In this document: positions 62,702-64,000 of the stretch, in pieces
How the letters are laid out: each line of letters opens with the position of its first letter
Numbering within the stretch: the stretch's first letter is position 1
NCBI GenBank assembly: GCA_052426225.1
Contig: JBNJNM010000023.1
Location: forward strand, 744,001-808,000
DNA from: Zancudomyces culisetae HAW-14-8
Lineage: Eukaryota > Fungi > Kickxellomycota
Direction of reading: 5' to 3'
DNA: 64,000 nt
The notes under the pieces: generated by a model
Databases searched by the model: none
Told to the model about the DNA's origin: nothing
What the model saw: only the letters and a program-made list of their open reading frames with translations
Program-made: the position numbers and the translations under genes

Positions 62702-63470
62702 TGTCGGACGAGACCGGGCTTGTCACGTTCCTTGATCAGGCTTTTCATGCTAGGAAACTGTTGTTGCACATGCTCTTGGACAAAAGCAAATGGATCATGT
62801 GACTCGGTACGATCCAACTCCATAGAGGTGGCTCCGGAACAGTCGCTGTCCGGAGAGTAACGACCCTCATCCTTGAACTGTTGGATGATGGCTGCACGTA
62901 GTTGCTGCATGTGACCTGACATGAGATTTTAATAATTTTAAACTTTTACTATTTACTACTTTAAACTTTTAGCCGAAGCACTATTAATATTATTATATTG
63001 AAATTAAATACACTTGTACTAAACAAAATTCTTCTTGTTCAATGTCTATATACTTGTTTTTTATGTATAGTTTGAAAACTACTAAAGAGCTGAAGAACTC
63101 CTATATTGTTTTCATTTACTAAATTTGAATACTTAATATTTTGTGCTATCTGCAAAATTGATATATTCCGCATGCAATTATTTAAATCATAATGTATTTC
63201 CTCGTTCATAGTTAATAATTTCTTTACTCGTGCTTTTCTCTAATGATAGTTTATATTTACTAATAATATTAAATTCCTTTTATGGTGTTTAAAAAAAAAA
63301 TACTTTTCTCTTATTATTTTGATCTGAACATTTTCGAAGTTTGTGATCAGTATTAATTGTTATTTTTATTAGCTAAAATAATAATTAAAACGAATTTTAT
63401 TATTTGTCACTTTATAATTTTACATATATATACCCAGTTAAAAATTAATGTAAAGGTCGTAAAATGGACC
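62702..63470 (-). mobile_element. Family G unit, diverged
   Basis: TGTCGGACG end; ORF from 62922 (MSGHMQQLRAAIIQQFKDEGRY); far boundary uncertain. Confidence 0.75.
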
Positions 63471-63518
63471 AAAGGCTAATGGCTATATAATTGATGTATT
63501 TTATTTCTGTGTAATTAT

Positions 63519-63900
63519 TGTAATATATCGTAGATGTATTAATTATCGTATATATTTTTCAGCTAATGTGATGGCTGAGTTTGGTATAGCACTGATTATG
63601 TCAGTTATACTCAGGTCTCGGATCACTTCACTAGTTATGTTTGCCTTATGAAGAATGTTTTAAATACCTTTTATTATTGATAAAATACCAATAAAACACT
63701 AAGTAAACTATATCAGTAAGGTGCTATTTTCAAATATTAAGTATTTATAAACGTATATGTAAAGTATATTCTTGTTAGAAAGGCTAAAGATGCTATTTTC
63801 GTTGTCCGCTCTCGTTATATTCGGTTTGTTATTTAGTTTACTATCTTAGATCATTTTTACTATTTATTCTGCTAGCTCTCATTGGTAGTTATTGTCAAGA
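63519..63900 (-). repeat. Family H unit, inverted and truncated
   Basis: Reverse complement of 37946-38379, including the hairpin motif. Confidence 0.8.
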
Positions 63901-64000
63901 TCTGATGTCTGGAGAGTTATATTTATTATTATTAATGTTTATTGTATGAATGTATACAAGATACTAGATACTGAATCCAAGACAGGAAAATTGTACCCTT

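Overview
AT-rich eukaryotic DNA with spliceosomal introns, probably from an early-diverging fungus (a Harpellales/Kickxellomycotina-like host is my inference only). About 1-45.5 kb is a transposon island organised around two tRNA genes: Leu-TAA at 23064 and Ile-AAT at 37295. It holds four tRNA-primed Ty3/gypsy elements (one intact), a self-priming chromovirus, a TRIM, two Tc1 relics, a DIRS-type tyrosine-recombinase retroelement, and at least 30 short TGT...ACA units, many with 4-bp target-site duplications (TSDs). These units are stacked at the 5' edge of each tRNA and nested 45-130 bp downstream of it. 48.9-60.1 kb carries host genes: IDO-like dioxygenase, Ecl1-like protein, aminoacylase, ATP synthase subunit f and RPF2. 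More units follow at the right end. The most notable observations are (1) repeated, near base-precise insertion at the mature tRNA 5' end; (2) two ~0.75-0.8 kb LTR-like families, each carrying an ORF that shows purifying selection and runs off the element end with no stop; (3) an antisense, tRNA-headed, structured candidate Pol III RNA inside the chromovirus 3' UTR. All coordinates were counted by eye; no database searches or folding programs were run.
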